Origin: Malacoraja senta
Taxonomy: Eukaryota
Assembly (NCBI GenBank): GCA_038087875.1
Contig: CM075990.1
Coordinates: forward strand, 5,396,001-5,460,000
Length of the DNA stretch: 64,000 nt
Reading direction: 5' to 3'
The notes beneath the pieces were generated by a model. It was not told the DNA's origin. It made no database searches and was given only the letters and a program-made list of their open reading frames with translations. The first letter of the stretch is position 1. Each line of letters begins with the position of its first letter. The translations under genes were made by a program, and so were the position numbers. Of the stretch, positions 47,301 through 60,715 are shown piece by piece.

Positions 47301-49238
47301 TTCCGCGGGTAGGGAAGCTCAAAAATAAATAAATAAATAAAATAAAATAATAAAAAAAATTTTTTTTTAAATCCGTCCCTAGGATCTATAGAGGAACAGC
47401 AGTTCCGAGGGCATTCAGTGACAACTCATCCGAGGATGAGTGGTTTGGCCAAGGACTAGAAGAGTATATTTCTTAAGATTACAGAAATATGATGCAGGCC
47501 GAATCGGGTTAGCATTAGGCTAATCAAATTGTGGGTTTACTTACCCAGTTTAAGATGGATGATTGGGTGTCTGCAATGTAACTGTCTCAGAGAATCGATC
47601 TTGTAGTTGCATACTCTGTCGTATCTATACACATAGCCACAGTTTCTGCTGTTTTATAACAAAGCTAGCGGTGAAAGCCTATGCTGCCTTTCTCAGATTA
47701 AGGGCATTATGTCATCGAGTTTTAGGTATTATGCAAAATTGCAAATGATAAAACTTATGGGTTGTCGGTAGATATCTTTGGCGATATTACAAATAAGGCA
47801 ACATGAAATTTACTGTACCAATTTGCTTATTCAATCACGCCATGGTAAGCGGCTGAAGCAACGTTTATTTACTCATTCACGTGTGACGGCTGGGACAGCC
47901 TGTCTTCTCGGCCAGCTAGCTCTGCACGATTGTATGAGAAGCTTGTGAACAACATATGTGAGTCAATTCTATACGAAAGTAACTGAGGTTTGTGTGGCTT
48001 CCAGTTTGAGCCTAGAGAAACTTTATGGGACAGCACAATTGACATTGCCTGTGCTGCTTTATCATTTCTGTAATACCTTAAGTGGGACATAAATGATTAG
48101 TTCTTCATCCTCTATTCTTTAACGTTATGCAGGGTGTCTTTTATTTGACCACTCTAATAGCCTACACTCATTGTAATGTGCGATGTATATCAGTAAATTG
48201 TTATGCAAATATTCCTCTAATTTTCCTAATGGGACCAGTATTTTAAGATGATTATGCTTTCAGCAACTGATCTCAGCATAAAGAACACAGCCTTACTCAA
48301 TCTCTGGCTTAGTCTCCACGTCCTACTGCCATTAGGGTAGCTTGTTATAGAAACAATCTCATAAGCAAATGAGCAGGATTGCGTGCATTTGAGGTTGACA
48401 GCAAACTCACCAGAGCAGAGATCAGGGATGTCATTAGGTATACAAGTGCACGCAGTTGCTAGTGCCTATGAAATGGAAGATAGTTCTTTTGTTTCAATAG
48501 TCTCAAAATATTGCTGATGGCTCATTAGCAGCCAATACAATTGTTTTCCCTTTCATCATACAGCATGAGGTTTACATAAGTGCAGGTTAATACATTATAA
48601 AATTTGGTGGAATATGTCTGGATAATTGCAGATAGTATTATGCACATTGTTGCATATGTTATTGTCTAACTCAACAGTCTATTGGGACTACAGGCCAGTT
48701 TAGGGCAATGGCCATGTATGCAAGTTAGCATCATGATATTAATAGCTCATGTTTTTCCTACCATTAATGGATTATCTGTTTAAGTGTTTCACACACAGAT
48801 TATGTCACTGTATGAAACCACAGAGCTTTGAAATCTTCACGTAGTCACTCGCGTGACTTCGAAATAAAATAGAAAGATTAAACGAGAACTTACCGTTTGA
48901 AGTTTGATCTTTATTTTATGAGAAGTCGCGATGAGGGATTACGTGCCCTCCACTCCCGACCCTATTCTCATAAAGATCATTCAGTAGTTCTAGCCTTCAA
49001 TCTTTCTATAGCTTAGGTCAGCAACTATTCTGTGGGTTCATACAGCTACTTTGAAGATTGACGCGCATGCGGGCTGGCGGGCTTCTTCACGTAATCCCTC
49101 ATCGCGACTTAAACATAGAAACATAGAAACATAGAAAATAGGTGCAGAAGTAGGCCATTCGGCCCTTCTCATAAAATAAAAACTTCTCATAAAATAAAGA
49201 TCAAACTTCAAACAGTAAGTTCTCGTTTAATCTTTCTA
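44375..49238 (+). mobile_element. DIRS1-type tyrosine recombinase retrotransposon with decayed ORFs (probably non-autonomous)
   Basis: Inverted terminal repeats 44380-44412 / 49057-49089 (31/33 match). Internal complementary region 48834-48945 is complementary to both element ends. Faint RT traces: QFKMD ~47549, IDLVVAYS ~47594, FITKLAVKAYAAFLRLR ~47653. No TSD. Confidence 0.8.
45755..46220 (+). repeat. ~90 bp tandem repeat in the DIRS gag-like region
   Basis: CTCCTGGTTCAGGGTTGCA at 45761, 45850 and 45940, then two longer degenerate units. The unit reads AAPGSGLQFSSHSVQRSDGDGAKVYAHKPE in one frame. Confidence 0.85.
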
Positions 49239-50134
49239 GTTCATGTTATAGGAGCAGAATTATGACATTTGGCCCATCAAGTCTGCTTCGCCATTCAATC
49301 ATGGCTGATCCATCTTTCCCTCTCAGCCCCATTACCCTGCCTTCACCCCATAACCCCTGACACCCATACTAAGCAGGAACCTATCAATCTTCACGTTAAA
49401 ATGACCATTGACTGGCATCCACAGCCTTCTGTGGCAATGAATTCCACAGATTCACCACCCTTCAAAGAGAGTAGAAAGTGAGTTTCTTAGTGATAATAAT
49501 AACATCACAAGAAGCTTCACAGGAACATAATTGGGCAAAATTTGAAACTGAGGCATCAGGAGGAATCTGGGTACGAGGTCAAGGGTTTAATCAAGGGGAA
49601 AGGGTTTTAAGGAATTGGAAGGACATGATGTGCACTTGAGAGGGTATCAGGGAGACCCAGCGGTATGAACGTTGACTTTTCTAACTTCAAGTAGCCCTTG
49701 CTTTCCCTCTCTCTCCATCACCTCCCCCTCCCCAGTTCTCCGACCAGTCTTACTGTCTCTGACTATATTTTATCTCTGTACGGCCCAATCCCCTGACATC
49801 AGTCTGAAGAAGGGTCTCGACCCGAAACGCCACCCATTCCTTCTGTCCAGAGATGCTGCCTGTCTCTAAGTTACTCCAGCATTTTGTGTCTATATTCACT
49901 ATGATGTTGCCTGGGATGGAACATGTCTGTTGCAGGGAGAGAGTGAATAGGCTGAGCTTATTTTCCTTGGAGTTCCTGACAGAGGTACACAAAGTAATGA
50001 GAGGTATAGGTCAGGTGGAGTATAGAAACTCTACCCTATAGCAGATGGATCTGCAAATACAAGGCATAGGTCTTCTTATCGAGTCCACATCACAAGATTA
50101 GAAATTGTTCAGCCAGAGCCGATCACACCTCTCG

Positions 50135-52337
50135 CAGGGCTGCCAACGCTCACGCATTGAGCGTGAGAATCACGCATTTGACGAAATTCTCACGCTCTCA
50201 CGCTGATGACAGAAGTTCTCACGCTCAATTTTAAAAAATAAATAAATATATAAATAAATAAATAAAGCCACACTCCTCCACACTCACCAATGAGTTCCCC
50301 GTAAAGAACGAAGAATTTAATTGGCTTAAGCCCATCGTACACTATTTAAAATGGCAATGTAGGCAACAATGCTGGAGAAACTCAGCGGGTGGGGCAGCAT
50401 CTATTTATGAGTTTGACCCTTCTTCAGATTCAAGCATTTCTCCGGCCGTTTTGTCTACCGCTCCATAGATGCTGCCTCACCCGCATTCACATTCCCATGC
50501 AGATGGTGTGATAGGTGAGACACAGCGGTGGTCCCAGCACTGACACCCCCCCCCCCCCCCCTGGCACCGCTCACATCTCCCACCCTCACATCCGACGGCC
50601 CTCTCTGTGTCCGTTGGCTGCTCTGTCCACACCGCATGGAGTTTTAACCCCGGCCCGGAGCCAGGAGCGGACCGGGTGAGTGGGGGCGTCGGTGCCGCCT
50701 CCGGACCCGCGGGGATGAATCTCGGGTTAAGGCTCTGCTTCGATGCCCGACTCCCGGGTAACTGTCCATCACCTCCCCCGGACCCCAGCTGGACCACAGA
50801 GCACCTGGGCCGGCCCGCATTCCCGGGGAGGGGGGGAGAAAGGGAAATACTCCCTGGACATCGCCAAGTCTCCGCTCACTCACTCCGGATCACTACACAC
50901 ACTCTCACACACAACCTGACACACTCTCACACACAACCTTACACACACTCTCACACACAACATAACACACACACTGGCACACACAAGGTTTAAAGGGATA
51001 TGGGCCAAATGCAGATAAATGGACTAGTTTAGATGGGGCATCTTGATCTGCATGGACAAGTTGGGATGAAGGGCCTGTTTCCATGCTGTAAGACTATGAC
51101 ACGCTGTAGAAAGACTATAATTGCTCTGGAGAGGATCCAGGGGCGATTTATGAACATATTGGCAGGGCTGGATTTTTTTTTTCATTTTTAATAAAGATTT
51201 GATAACTGGGGTTGTATTCTCTGCAGCAACAGAGGTGAAGAAAAGACTTAGTTGACGTGAATAATATTATGAGAATAGGACCAGTTTCGCTTAACAAAGA
51301 GTGTAGGAAGGAACTGCAGATGGTGGTTTAAACTGAACATAGACACTAAAAGCTGGAATAACATTAGCAGGACAGGCAGCATCTCTGGAGAGAAAGAATA
51401 GGTGATGTTTCGTGTCGAGACCTTCAGACTGAAGAGGTTTGAAAATCAGCCATAAAACACAATGACTGGAGATGTGTGTTATCCAACTCAGGGCAGAAAT
51501 CAGAATCATGTGTTTCATCTTTTTGATGTGACACCATAATTAAATATATTACAGAAAAAATAATTGAATGGGTGGCACAGTGGCGCAGCGGTAGAGTTGC
51601 AGCCTTGCAGCACCACAGACCCAGATTTGATCCTGACTACGGGTGCTGTCTGTACGGTATTTGTGCATTCTCCTTATGACCACATGGTTTTCTCTGGATA
51701 TTCCGGTTTTCTCCCACATCCGAAAGAAGTGCAGGTTTGTAGGTTAATTGGCTTCTGTAAATTTTCCCTGGCATGTAGGATACAACTGGTGTATGGTGTA
51801 TGCTGGTCGGTGTGGACGGTGGGCCGAAGGGCCTGTTTCCATATATATGTTTTACATATATATCTTAATTTCATTGAACCATATACGGTTGAATATGTGG
51901 CATTATTTTCGTCTTGTTTCTATAGTCAAAGGGTAAGGTTGATTGATTTATTTGTGCAGAACAGTGACGGAAGTCTGACTCCTCTTGCCTTGTTTCTATG
52001 TTTTTGTTTCTCTATATATATGCATAGCAGCATGAATTATAATCTGATTTCCATACATGAATATACTGAGATCATTCATGTGCTGCACCTGTTGATCAGA
52101 GCCTGGCTCTACTGTGGAATGTTATTAGGAATATAATTTAGCCTAACCTTATTCATACCTAATCCAATTTGAAGGTTAAATGTTGCATTCAAGTGTAAGT
52201 TAAAAGACTCACTGCAGTATGCACCAGATTGCACAATTTCAAGCTGAAAAATTCAAAAGCTCCCTAACCCCCCCTTCGGTCACTATGCTCCCTCGCAATT
52301 TCTCACTCTCAACTCTCACCCAATGTTGGCAGCCCTG
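50135..52337. mobile_element. Possible hAT-like non-autonomous element with nested insertions
   Basis: CAGGGCTGCCAAC at 50135 and GTTGGCAGCCCTG at 52325-52337; CTCACGC subterminal repeats. TSD is only 6/7 (CCTCTCG/CTTCTCG), so the two ends may belong to separate copies. Confidence 0.45.
51570..51841 (+). mobile_element. V-SINE (HE1-like)
   Basis: Same family; accounts for the spurious ORF 51564-52136. Confidence 0.85.
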
Positions 52338-53457
52338 CTTCTCGGCATCTGCATACAATGGCGGCTTGCGCTTCTTGTGCTTCTTGTGCTCCTTGTGCGT
52401 GGTGGTGGAAAGATTGGTGGAAACAGGGACGTGACGTGACGTGAACGCTCTTTCCTGGACCAGGACATAGGTTATAAGGGTATAGATAAGATGGTTTAGC
52501 TGGGATCTGGCTAAAATACGTTTTACCCAGTGGGTGGTAGGCTGGAATGCGCTGCCTGATTGGGTGATTGAGGCAGATACTCTCACAATATGTAACAATT
52601 ATATTGAGGCAACATGTAAGCAAGTACTGTTCAATAGATAGGGTCCTGACCCGAAACGTCACCTAGCCATGTTCTCCAGAGATGCTGCCTGACCCCACTG
52701 AGTTACTCCACCCCTTTGTGTCTTTTTTTGTAAATCAATATCTGCAGTTCCTCGTTTCTACATAGATAGATACTTGCTGGATAACATGGCATGCTGGGCA
52801 GAAGAGCTTGTTTCTGTGTGGTATGACGTTAAATATCTTTTAAAAAAATGAATGGTATGTGCTGTAAAAGGCCGCTGGGGAGGAATCCCTGAGATATGGG
52901 TGTGGGCATGGTTGAAGGTTGTGGAACAATCAAAACCGTGACTGTATTAGGATCTGGGTGGAGTGATAAGGAGAGTCATAGCTGTTATGAAATATGAATG
53001 AGTTGTGAACAAATTAGATTCCAGGCTTATGTGGGTTGGGAAGCAATAACAGGTGACTGAATCTAGGGATAATGGAAGAATAGAACGTTGTAAATTTGGG
53101 ATATGGACAGTTTACAATGGGGATATGGACATGTTTTGAATGAAGTAAAATCTACAGAGGTTGAGAAATCATTGAGCAGCCCATGAGAGTATTGGAATAG
53201 TCATTCCTAGATGTAACAACATCATGCTGGTTAGCTGAACCAGAACTGAGATGGACAATGTTAAGCAGGCATTAGTTGAAGAGGGGATGAAGTCAGAACT
53301 TGCATTAATAATGTATCTTGTGACTTCAGGACATTTTGTGAATCATTTCATCGTCAGTGAAATAACTTTGAATTAGTTTACTGTTGTAATGTCAGACAAG
53401 TGAAAAACAAATTTCATAATTCAAAATCCTACAAACCAATGTGCCGTACGGTGTTAG

Positions 53458-53774
53458 TGGGCGACGCTGTGGTAGAGTTGCTGCCTTACAGCACCAGAAA
53501 CCCGGGTTCGATCCTGACTATGGGTGCTGTCAGTACGGAGTTTGCACGTTCTCCCAGCGACCTATGTAGGTTTTCTCCGAGATTTCTCCCACACTCCAAA
53601 GATGTACAGGTTTGTAGCTTAATTGGCTTGGTATAAAAAATGTACAAATATAATATTATCCCTAGTGAGTGTAGGGTAGTGTTAATATGCGGGGATCGCT
53701 GGTCGGTGCGGACTTGATGGGCCGAAGGGCATGTTTCCGTGCTGTATCTCTAAACTAAATGAAACTAAACTAAA
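53458..53774 (+). mobile_element. V-SINE (HE1-like)
   Basis: Same family with a (CTAAA)n tail. Confidence 0.85.
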
Positions 53775-54194
53775 GGTCCATATATTGACTCAGAGACCAT
53801 ATCAGCTTCCCCTGCTTTCTTCTAGGAGTATGAATCTGGTCTTCTATATCTAACTGAGAGGACAAGTGGAGGCTCGGTTTAACATGTGAAATCAGTATCT
53901 CAGGGAGTGTCCTTCGTACAATAAGTATCAGCGTCAGCGGAGAGGATTAACAATTGTTTTGGAGGAAAGTTAAATAAACAAACCTTCTGACGTAGAATGA
54001 CGATGAAGGCAAAGTTAACCTCAAAATCAATTCCAACTCCTGGTCACTTTTTGTGTGAGGAAACATTTTCTTGATATCAGATCTAAATTTATCTTTCATT
54101 AGTTTATTCTTCCGTTCCTTGGCCCATCTGCCTGAAAAGTAAAATAATTTTCAGGTATAGCTTTTATGTTTTAATCGACCTAAAGCCTAAGTGG

Positions 54195-55625
54195 TAAGGT
54201 AAGTTACTGGAGAGGATTCTGAGGGATAGGATATATATGCATTTGGATAGATGGAGGCTGATTAGAGACATGGTTTTATACTTGGGAGATCATCTCACAA
54301 ATTTGAGTTGTTTGAAGAGGTAACCAAGGAGGTTGATGAGGACAAGGCCGTGGACCTAGCCCATGTCTATATGGACTTCTGGAAGACCTTTGATAAGATT
54401 CCACATGGTAGGTTGCTCTGGAAGGTTCGATCGCATGGCATTCAGGGAGAGCTTGCAGCCTGGATACAGAATTGGCTTCATGGTAGGAAGCAGATGATGG
54501 TGGTGGAAGGTTAATCTTCAGACTGGAGGCCTGTGACTCGCAATGTGCCTCAGGGATTGGCACTGGGCCCATTGCTGTTGCGTTCATATCAATGATTTAA
54601 ATGTGCAAGGCATGTCTGAAGAATGGTCTCAACCCGAAATGTCACCCATTCCTTCTCTCCGGAGATGCTGCCTGTTCCGCTGAGTTACTCCAGCTTTTTG
54701 TGTCTATCATGATTAGTAGGTTTGCAGATAACACTAAAGTATGTGGTATTGTGGACAGTGACGAGGATTATCAAAAAGTACAGCAGGATCTTGATCAGGT
54801 GGGCAAGTGGGCTGAAGAATACCTATTGGAGTTCAATGCAGATAAGTACGAGGTGTTGAATTTTTAAAGTTAAACCAAGGCAGGACCTTCACAATGAATG
54901 GCAGGGTCCTGGGGAGTGTTGGTAGAGCAGAGGGAGCTAGGAATATAGGTGTACAGATCTCAAAAAATGGCGCCACTGGTAGATAGGGTGGTCAAGAAGG
55001 CTTTTGGTGCATTGGCCTCCATCAGTCAGGTTATTGAATACAGAAGTTGGGGTATTATGTTACAGTTGTACAATATGCTGGTGAGGCTGCATTTGACGTA
55101 TTAGTTGTGGATACCCTGCTATCGGAAGGATGTTGTTAAGCTGAAAAGCTGCAAAGATGGATGAGGATGCTGCCAGGACTCGAGAGACAGCTATAGGGAT
55201 AGGTTGAGCAGGTTAGGACTTTGTTCCTTAGAGCACAAGAGAATGAGGGATGATCTTATAGAAGTGTACAAAATGATGAGAGGAATAGTTATGATGAATG
55301 CACAGAGTCTTTTAAGCAGGGTTGAGGAATCAAGAACTAGAGGACATAGATTTAGGGTGAGTGGCGAAAGATCTAATAGGAACCTGAGGGATAACTTTTT
55401 CATTCAGAGGGTGGTGGGTATATAGAATGATCTGCTAGAGAAGTTAGTTGAGGCAAGTACAATACAACATTCGAATGACACTTGAACAGGTACATGGATA
55501 TGAGTGGTTTTGAGGGATATGGACCAAATGTGGGCAAATAGGACTAACTTAGACAGGGCATCTTGGTCAGCATGGACATGTTAGGCTGAAGGGATCGTTT
55601 CTGTGTTGTCTGATTCTTGACTCCT
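54195..55625 (+). mobile_element. CR1 LINE RT fragment, degenerate
   Basis: FEEVTKEVDE..YMDFWKTFDKIPHGRL, SRFADNTK, DLIEVYK, RTRGHRF. Confidence 0.85.
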
Positions 55626-56764
55626 TGATCTATGGCTCTAAATTGCATTCTTTTTCAGGATCTTCTTTTAAAATCAAAAAGCTTGAATGTTGCCAGTATA
55701 TCCCTAAAGCTCATAACATGTAATTGATTTAGTTTTCATCTCTGCTCTGCACTGACTATAGAATTTCCCCTTCCTTATAGATACCTGGTACATTTTAATT
55801 TGATCATAACACTGAGCATAGCACTATTTGGCCTCACCATCTTAATTCCTTGTTATTTCAGCAATGCCATTAATACCTCGGTAGCTTCGTTCAGTGATGT
55901 TCTGTACTATTGAACACTGTTGAATTTACAAAAACTTCCTGGCCTCCCTTTGAACCACTGTTAGACAATGCAGCTATTTGCATAATGTATATTCCTATCC
56001 TTAGGGAGATATTTTCAAAGTGTTCAAAATGTTTGCAATCACACCTTGCCTCAAACATCCACCATCCACCAATCTACTTCTGGGCATTTGAAGTGAGTGA
56101 GATTGAAAACCTCTTCACTGGTTATCCTGGAAAATGTCCCAAGACTCTTTGGGAGAGAATTATCAAATACAATTTGACACTGAGTCCCATGAAGGTGTAC
56201 AGTACAGGAGGCCATGCAGAGTAAAAATAAAAGTAGGTTTGAAATATCTTAGAGGGAGTGGCGGAGATTTGGAGAGGTTTCAAGGAGGGAACCCCAGCTA
56301 AGGTATTTGATATATATTTATCTGATGTAGTATTGATTTAATAAACACTGTTGGAATGCATCTCAATAAACTGAATGGATTCTATGAGACAGAAATCCCT
56401 TTTCTTTTTTAGTTTACTGTCTTCCGATATTATACGTTACTATTGTCAAAGTAAATTGGATAATATTTATCTTCACATTTATCTCTTCTAACTGTCGTCG
56501 GACTTAGACTTGATTCCACTGCACGGGAGAGCAGTAAAATCTCTTTTTACTTTCAAAAATAAGCTTTTGCTACTTCTGATAAAATGGAGATATTGCAAAG
56601 GCAGGCCTGATGATGTTCAATGCACATATTTGATATGGTCAATAAATATGAGGAAATTTGATCTCATTATCTATGAATATTATGAACAAAGGAGGATTAA
56701 AACCAGCATCCTGATCCAAATCTTTTTCAATTGTAATTGCTATTGAACTAAATTCACAGCTGTA

Positions 56765-57490
56765 CCTAAGCATTCTCCTTCCCATTCCCACACAGATCTT
56801 TCTATCCTCGGTCTCCTCCATTGTCAGAGTGAGGCTAAATGCAAATTGGAGGAACAGCATCTTATATTTTGTGTGGGCAGCATACAGCCCAGTGGTATGA
56901 ATATTGAGTTCTCTCCCTTCAGGTAGACCCGGCATTCCCTCTCTCTCTATCCTTCCCCCACCCAAGTCACACTACCTTCTGAACCGTCTGAATTTTGTAG
57001 TCGGCAGGGCAGTACTCTGCATATCGCCAACTTGGACAATTTTACATTTTTATCCAGCCAATTAATCATGCCAATTAACCTACAAATCTGTACGTCTTCG
57101 GAGTGTGGGAGGAAACCGAAGATCTCGGAGAAAGCCCACGCAGATCACGGGGAGAACGTACAAACTCCATACAGGCAGCACCCGTAGTCGGGATCGAACC
57201 CGGGTCTCGGGCGCTGCATTTTGCTGTAAGGCAGCAACTCTACCGCTGTGCCACCGTGACCACCACTGCTTCTCATTTTCACCCTACAAACAGCTACAAT
57301 GGCCTGTTTCCTTTATCATCGTTACTTTTTTGCATATCTTTCATTCATTGTTCTTTATCTCTCCACATCACCGTCTATATCTCTCGTTTCCCTTAGTCTG
57401 AAGAAGGGTTTTGACCCAAAACCTCACTCATACCTTCTCTCCAGAGATGCTGCCCGTCCCGCTGAGTTACTCCAACTTTTTGTGTCTATC
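56765..57490 (+). mobile_element. Penelope-like 3' fragment interrupted by a minus-strand V-SINE (~57030-57260)
   Basis: HTDLSILGLLHCQSEAKCKLEEQHLIF..QPSGMNIEF; the 3' region resumes after the SINE. Confidence 0.75.
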
Positions 57491-58669
57491 CCAAGCTCCA
57501 AACCTTTGTTCCACTGATAAGATACATTCATTGTTATATGGTATATAGAGTTCTTCATGGATCACTACAGGACCTCAAAGGTTCAGCATATGTGTCAATA
57601 TCTTGGAGGAAGGAATGGAGAGTTGTCCATGTGTTAGCAAAACATGCTCCTGGGAACAGTACGTTGTATTGACTGGCCTGGGAAGTGATAAGAGGATGTA
57701 GAAGAATTGAGGAGGCAAAACAAAGATGGATGAAGTTCAATGTGGGGAAAAGGGAAATCATTCATTTTGGATATGAGAAAAATAAATTAGAATAGTTTCT
57801 TGATAGTGACATTCTGGGTGTAGTTTTGAGTGTCCACAAATTAATGTTTCTTAACTTCTTTCCTAAAGCTCCGCACCTCTCTGCTACTCCATCCTTGTTT
57901 AAGAATATTTATATCTCCTCCGGCAAAAACACTGTCATGTGTCCTTGTTTATCCACATGTGGATCAGTGTCAAATTTTGTTTGATAACCAGTGCAAAGGG
58001 CCTTGGGACATTTCCTCGGGAGGTTATTCTTCAGCTTAAATACTGCCCTGACATTGCAAAAATTCACTGGATAATGAATTTGGTTTGCCACACAGTCATA
58101 ACAAAAAAGCAACAAGACACACAACTACATTAAAATGAAATAAACATCCACCACAGCATCTCCTCCACATTCCCCACTGTAATGGAAGGCAATAAAGTCC
58201 GCCATTAAAACCCACCATTTGAGCTAAACATTGGTCATCCCTCTTAATGCCTCTATCTTTAGCTTGGTCTCCTTTGTTCTTAATGCATCTGTTTATGTTT
58301 AGTTTAGAGATACAGCGCGGGTAACAGGCCCTTCGGCGCACTGAGTCCGCCCCAACCAGCGATCCCCGCACATTAACACAATCCTACACACACTAGGGAC
58401 AATTTACATTTGTACCAAACCAATTAACCTATTCCTTCTATCCAGAGATACTGCCTGTCCCGCTGAGTTGCTCCAGCATTTTGTGTCTATCTTCGGTTTA
58501 AACAGCGTGTGCAGTTCCTTCCTATACACCTACAAACCTGTACGTCTTTGGTGTGTGGGAGGAAACAGAAGATCTTGGAGAAAACCCACACAGGTCACAG
58601 GGAGAACGTACAAACTCTGTGCAGACAGCACCCATTGTCAGTATCGTACCTAGATCCCTGGCACTGTAA

Positions 58670-59005
58670 AGGCCCTGTCCCACTGTACGAGGTAATTCAA
58701 GAGTTCTCCCGAGTTCTCCCCTGAATCGAGCTCGTGTAATGTACGTAGCGGGTACGTAGGGGCTCGTACGAGTAAAAAGTAACCATTTTTTTCATCACGA
58801 GTATTTTTTTACTCGTGGACATTTTTCACAGTGTTGAATAAACGTCACGAGTTTACCGGATTTCCCGACTACCTACCGTTACTCGTACGAGCCGCTACGT
58901 GACATCCACGAGCTCCTACGGACCTACTACAGACATTACACAAGCTCGAATCAGGGGAGAACTCGGGAGAACTCTTGAATTACCTCGTACAGTGGGACAG
59001 GCCCT
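58670..59005. mobile_element. PIF/Harbinger-like MITE inserted in the tRNA head of a minus-strand V-SINE
   Basis: ~70 bp TIRs; TAA TSD at 58667-69 and 59006-08. Confidence 0.88.
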
Positions 59006-59639
59006 TAAGACAGCAACTCTACCTGTCTGAAGAAGGGTCTCAACCCAAAACGTCTCCTATTCCTTCGCCAGTCTGAAGAAGGGTCTCAACCCGAAACCTC
59101 ACCTATTCCTTCGCTCCATAGATGCTCTCTCCCCTGCTGAGTTTTTCCAGCATTTTTATCTACATTCGATTTTTCCAGCACCTGCAGTTCTTTCTTAAAC
59201 AATTCTACCGCTCCGACCCCTTGCCGCCCACCTGTGATCACATTGGGATTTTTTCTGTTAGAGGATTGATGAAAGTTAAGGAATGTCCAATGCTTCGTAC
59301 TGTTCACTGTTTTCCATGTATTCACTGTGGATGCACAGGAGAACGCAGCCAATGACTCCCCCTGGAAAATCGGCCACTGCTTCGTTCATTCATTCACTAT
59401 TAGGAGCTACTGTATCTTAGCCGGCAGATTCCTTGTGCTGTAACAAGGAACCGCAGATGCTGGTTTACCAAGGAAATAAACAAAATGCTGGAGTAACTCA
59501 GCGGGTCAGGCTACATCCTGGAGAACATGCATAGGTGACATATCAGGTTGTGTCCCTTCTTTAGACTGATCGCAGTGGAGCAGTCAAAATGTAGAAATAA
59601 GGAACTCCAGATGCTGGTTTTCTTGTATTGCTCGGGTTG

Positions 59640-60303
59640 TCATAGAAAGAGTGATAGTCATACACTGTGGAAACAGGACCTTCGGTACAACTTGCCCACA
59701 GAGCCCAACATGTCGCATCTACACTAGTCCCACCTGCCTGCATTTGGCATAAACCAACTTATCCACGTACCTGTCCAAATGTTCCTTAAACGTTGCAACT
59801 ATCTCCTCCAGTAGCTCATTCCATACACTACCCACCCTTTGTGTAAAAAAGGTACCCCTTGGCTTCCTATTAAAACTTCCCCATTCACCTTAAACCTATG
59901 TCCTCTGGTTCTCAATTCCCCTGCTCTGGGCAAGAGACTGTGCGTTTTACCCGATCTATTTTGAGTCACCCGAGTGATTTTGTACACTTCTATAGGATCA
60001 CCTCCTCCTGCACTCCAAGGAATAGAGTCCAAGCCTGCTCAACCTCTCCCTATAGCTCGGACCCTTGAGTTCTGGCAACATCCTCGTAAATCTTCTCTGC
60101 ACCCCGTCCACTGTGACACCATCTTTCCTATAACATGGTGCCCAAAACTGAACACAATACTCTAAATGTGATCTCACCAACATCTTGTATAACTGCAACA
60201 TGACCTCCCAACTTCTATACTCAATACTCTGACTAATGAAGGCCAATGTGCCGAAAGCCTTTTTTGACCACTCTATCTACCTCTGTCACCACTTTCAAGG
60301 AAC
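59640..60303 (-). mobile_element. CR1 LINE 3' fragment
   Basis: AFISQSIEYRSWEVMLQLYKMLVRSHLEYCVQFWAP..VQRRFTRMLP. Confidence 0.85.
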
Positions 60304-60715
60304 TTGGGTTGTCATTGAGTCTTTAGGAAAAAACGGATAGTCTTTAGGATTCAATTTCAATTATGGGACATTGAACTTTTTTAACACTTGTTAAGACACA
60401 AGGCTGGAGTAACTCATCGGGTCAGACAGCATCTTCTAAGTCTTCTGAGAACACTTGTATATTATAAAAAAATTTAGAAGTAGTGGAAGGGATTGAAGAT
60501 TTGGAGGAAGGGATCTGGAATGTGGGAGTTGGCAAAAAGGTAAAGTTTTGGACTTTATTTTAATGAATGTTCACCCGGAGTACCTGACCTGATGTCAGCT
60601 GTCAGGATTGAAGTAAAAGGACAAAACAGAAGAAAGACATTATAGAACTTACATTTAGAATAATGCCCTCTCTAAAATATCCTGTCATACTTTTACGTTT
60701 GATAAAATATAAAGT

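Noticed and set aside
50455..50993. GC-rich ORF cluster as a CpG-island gene start
   Set aside because: No recognisable protein; it lies between transposon-like ends and simple repeats, so it is more likely TE interior.
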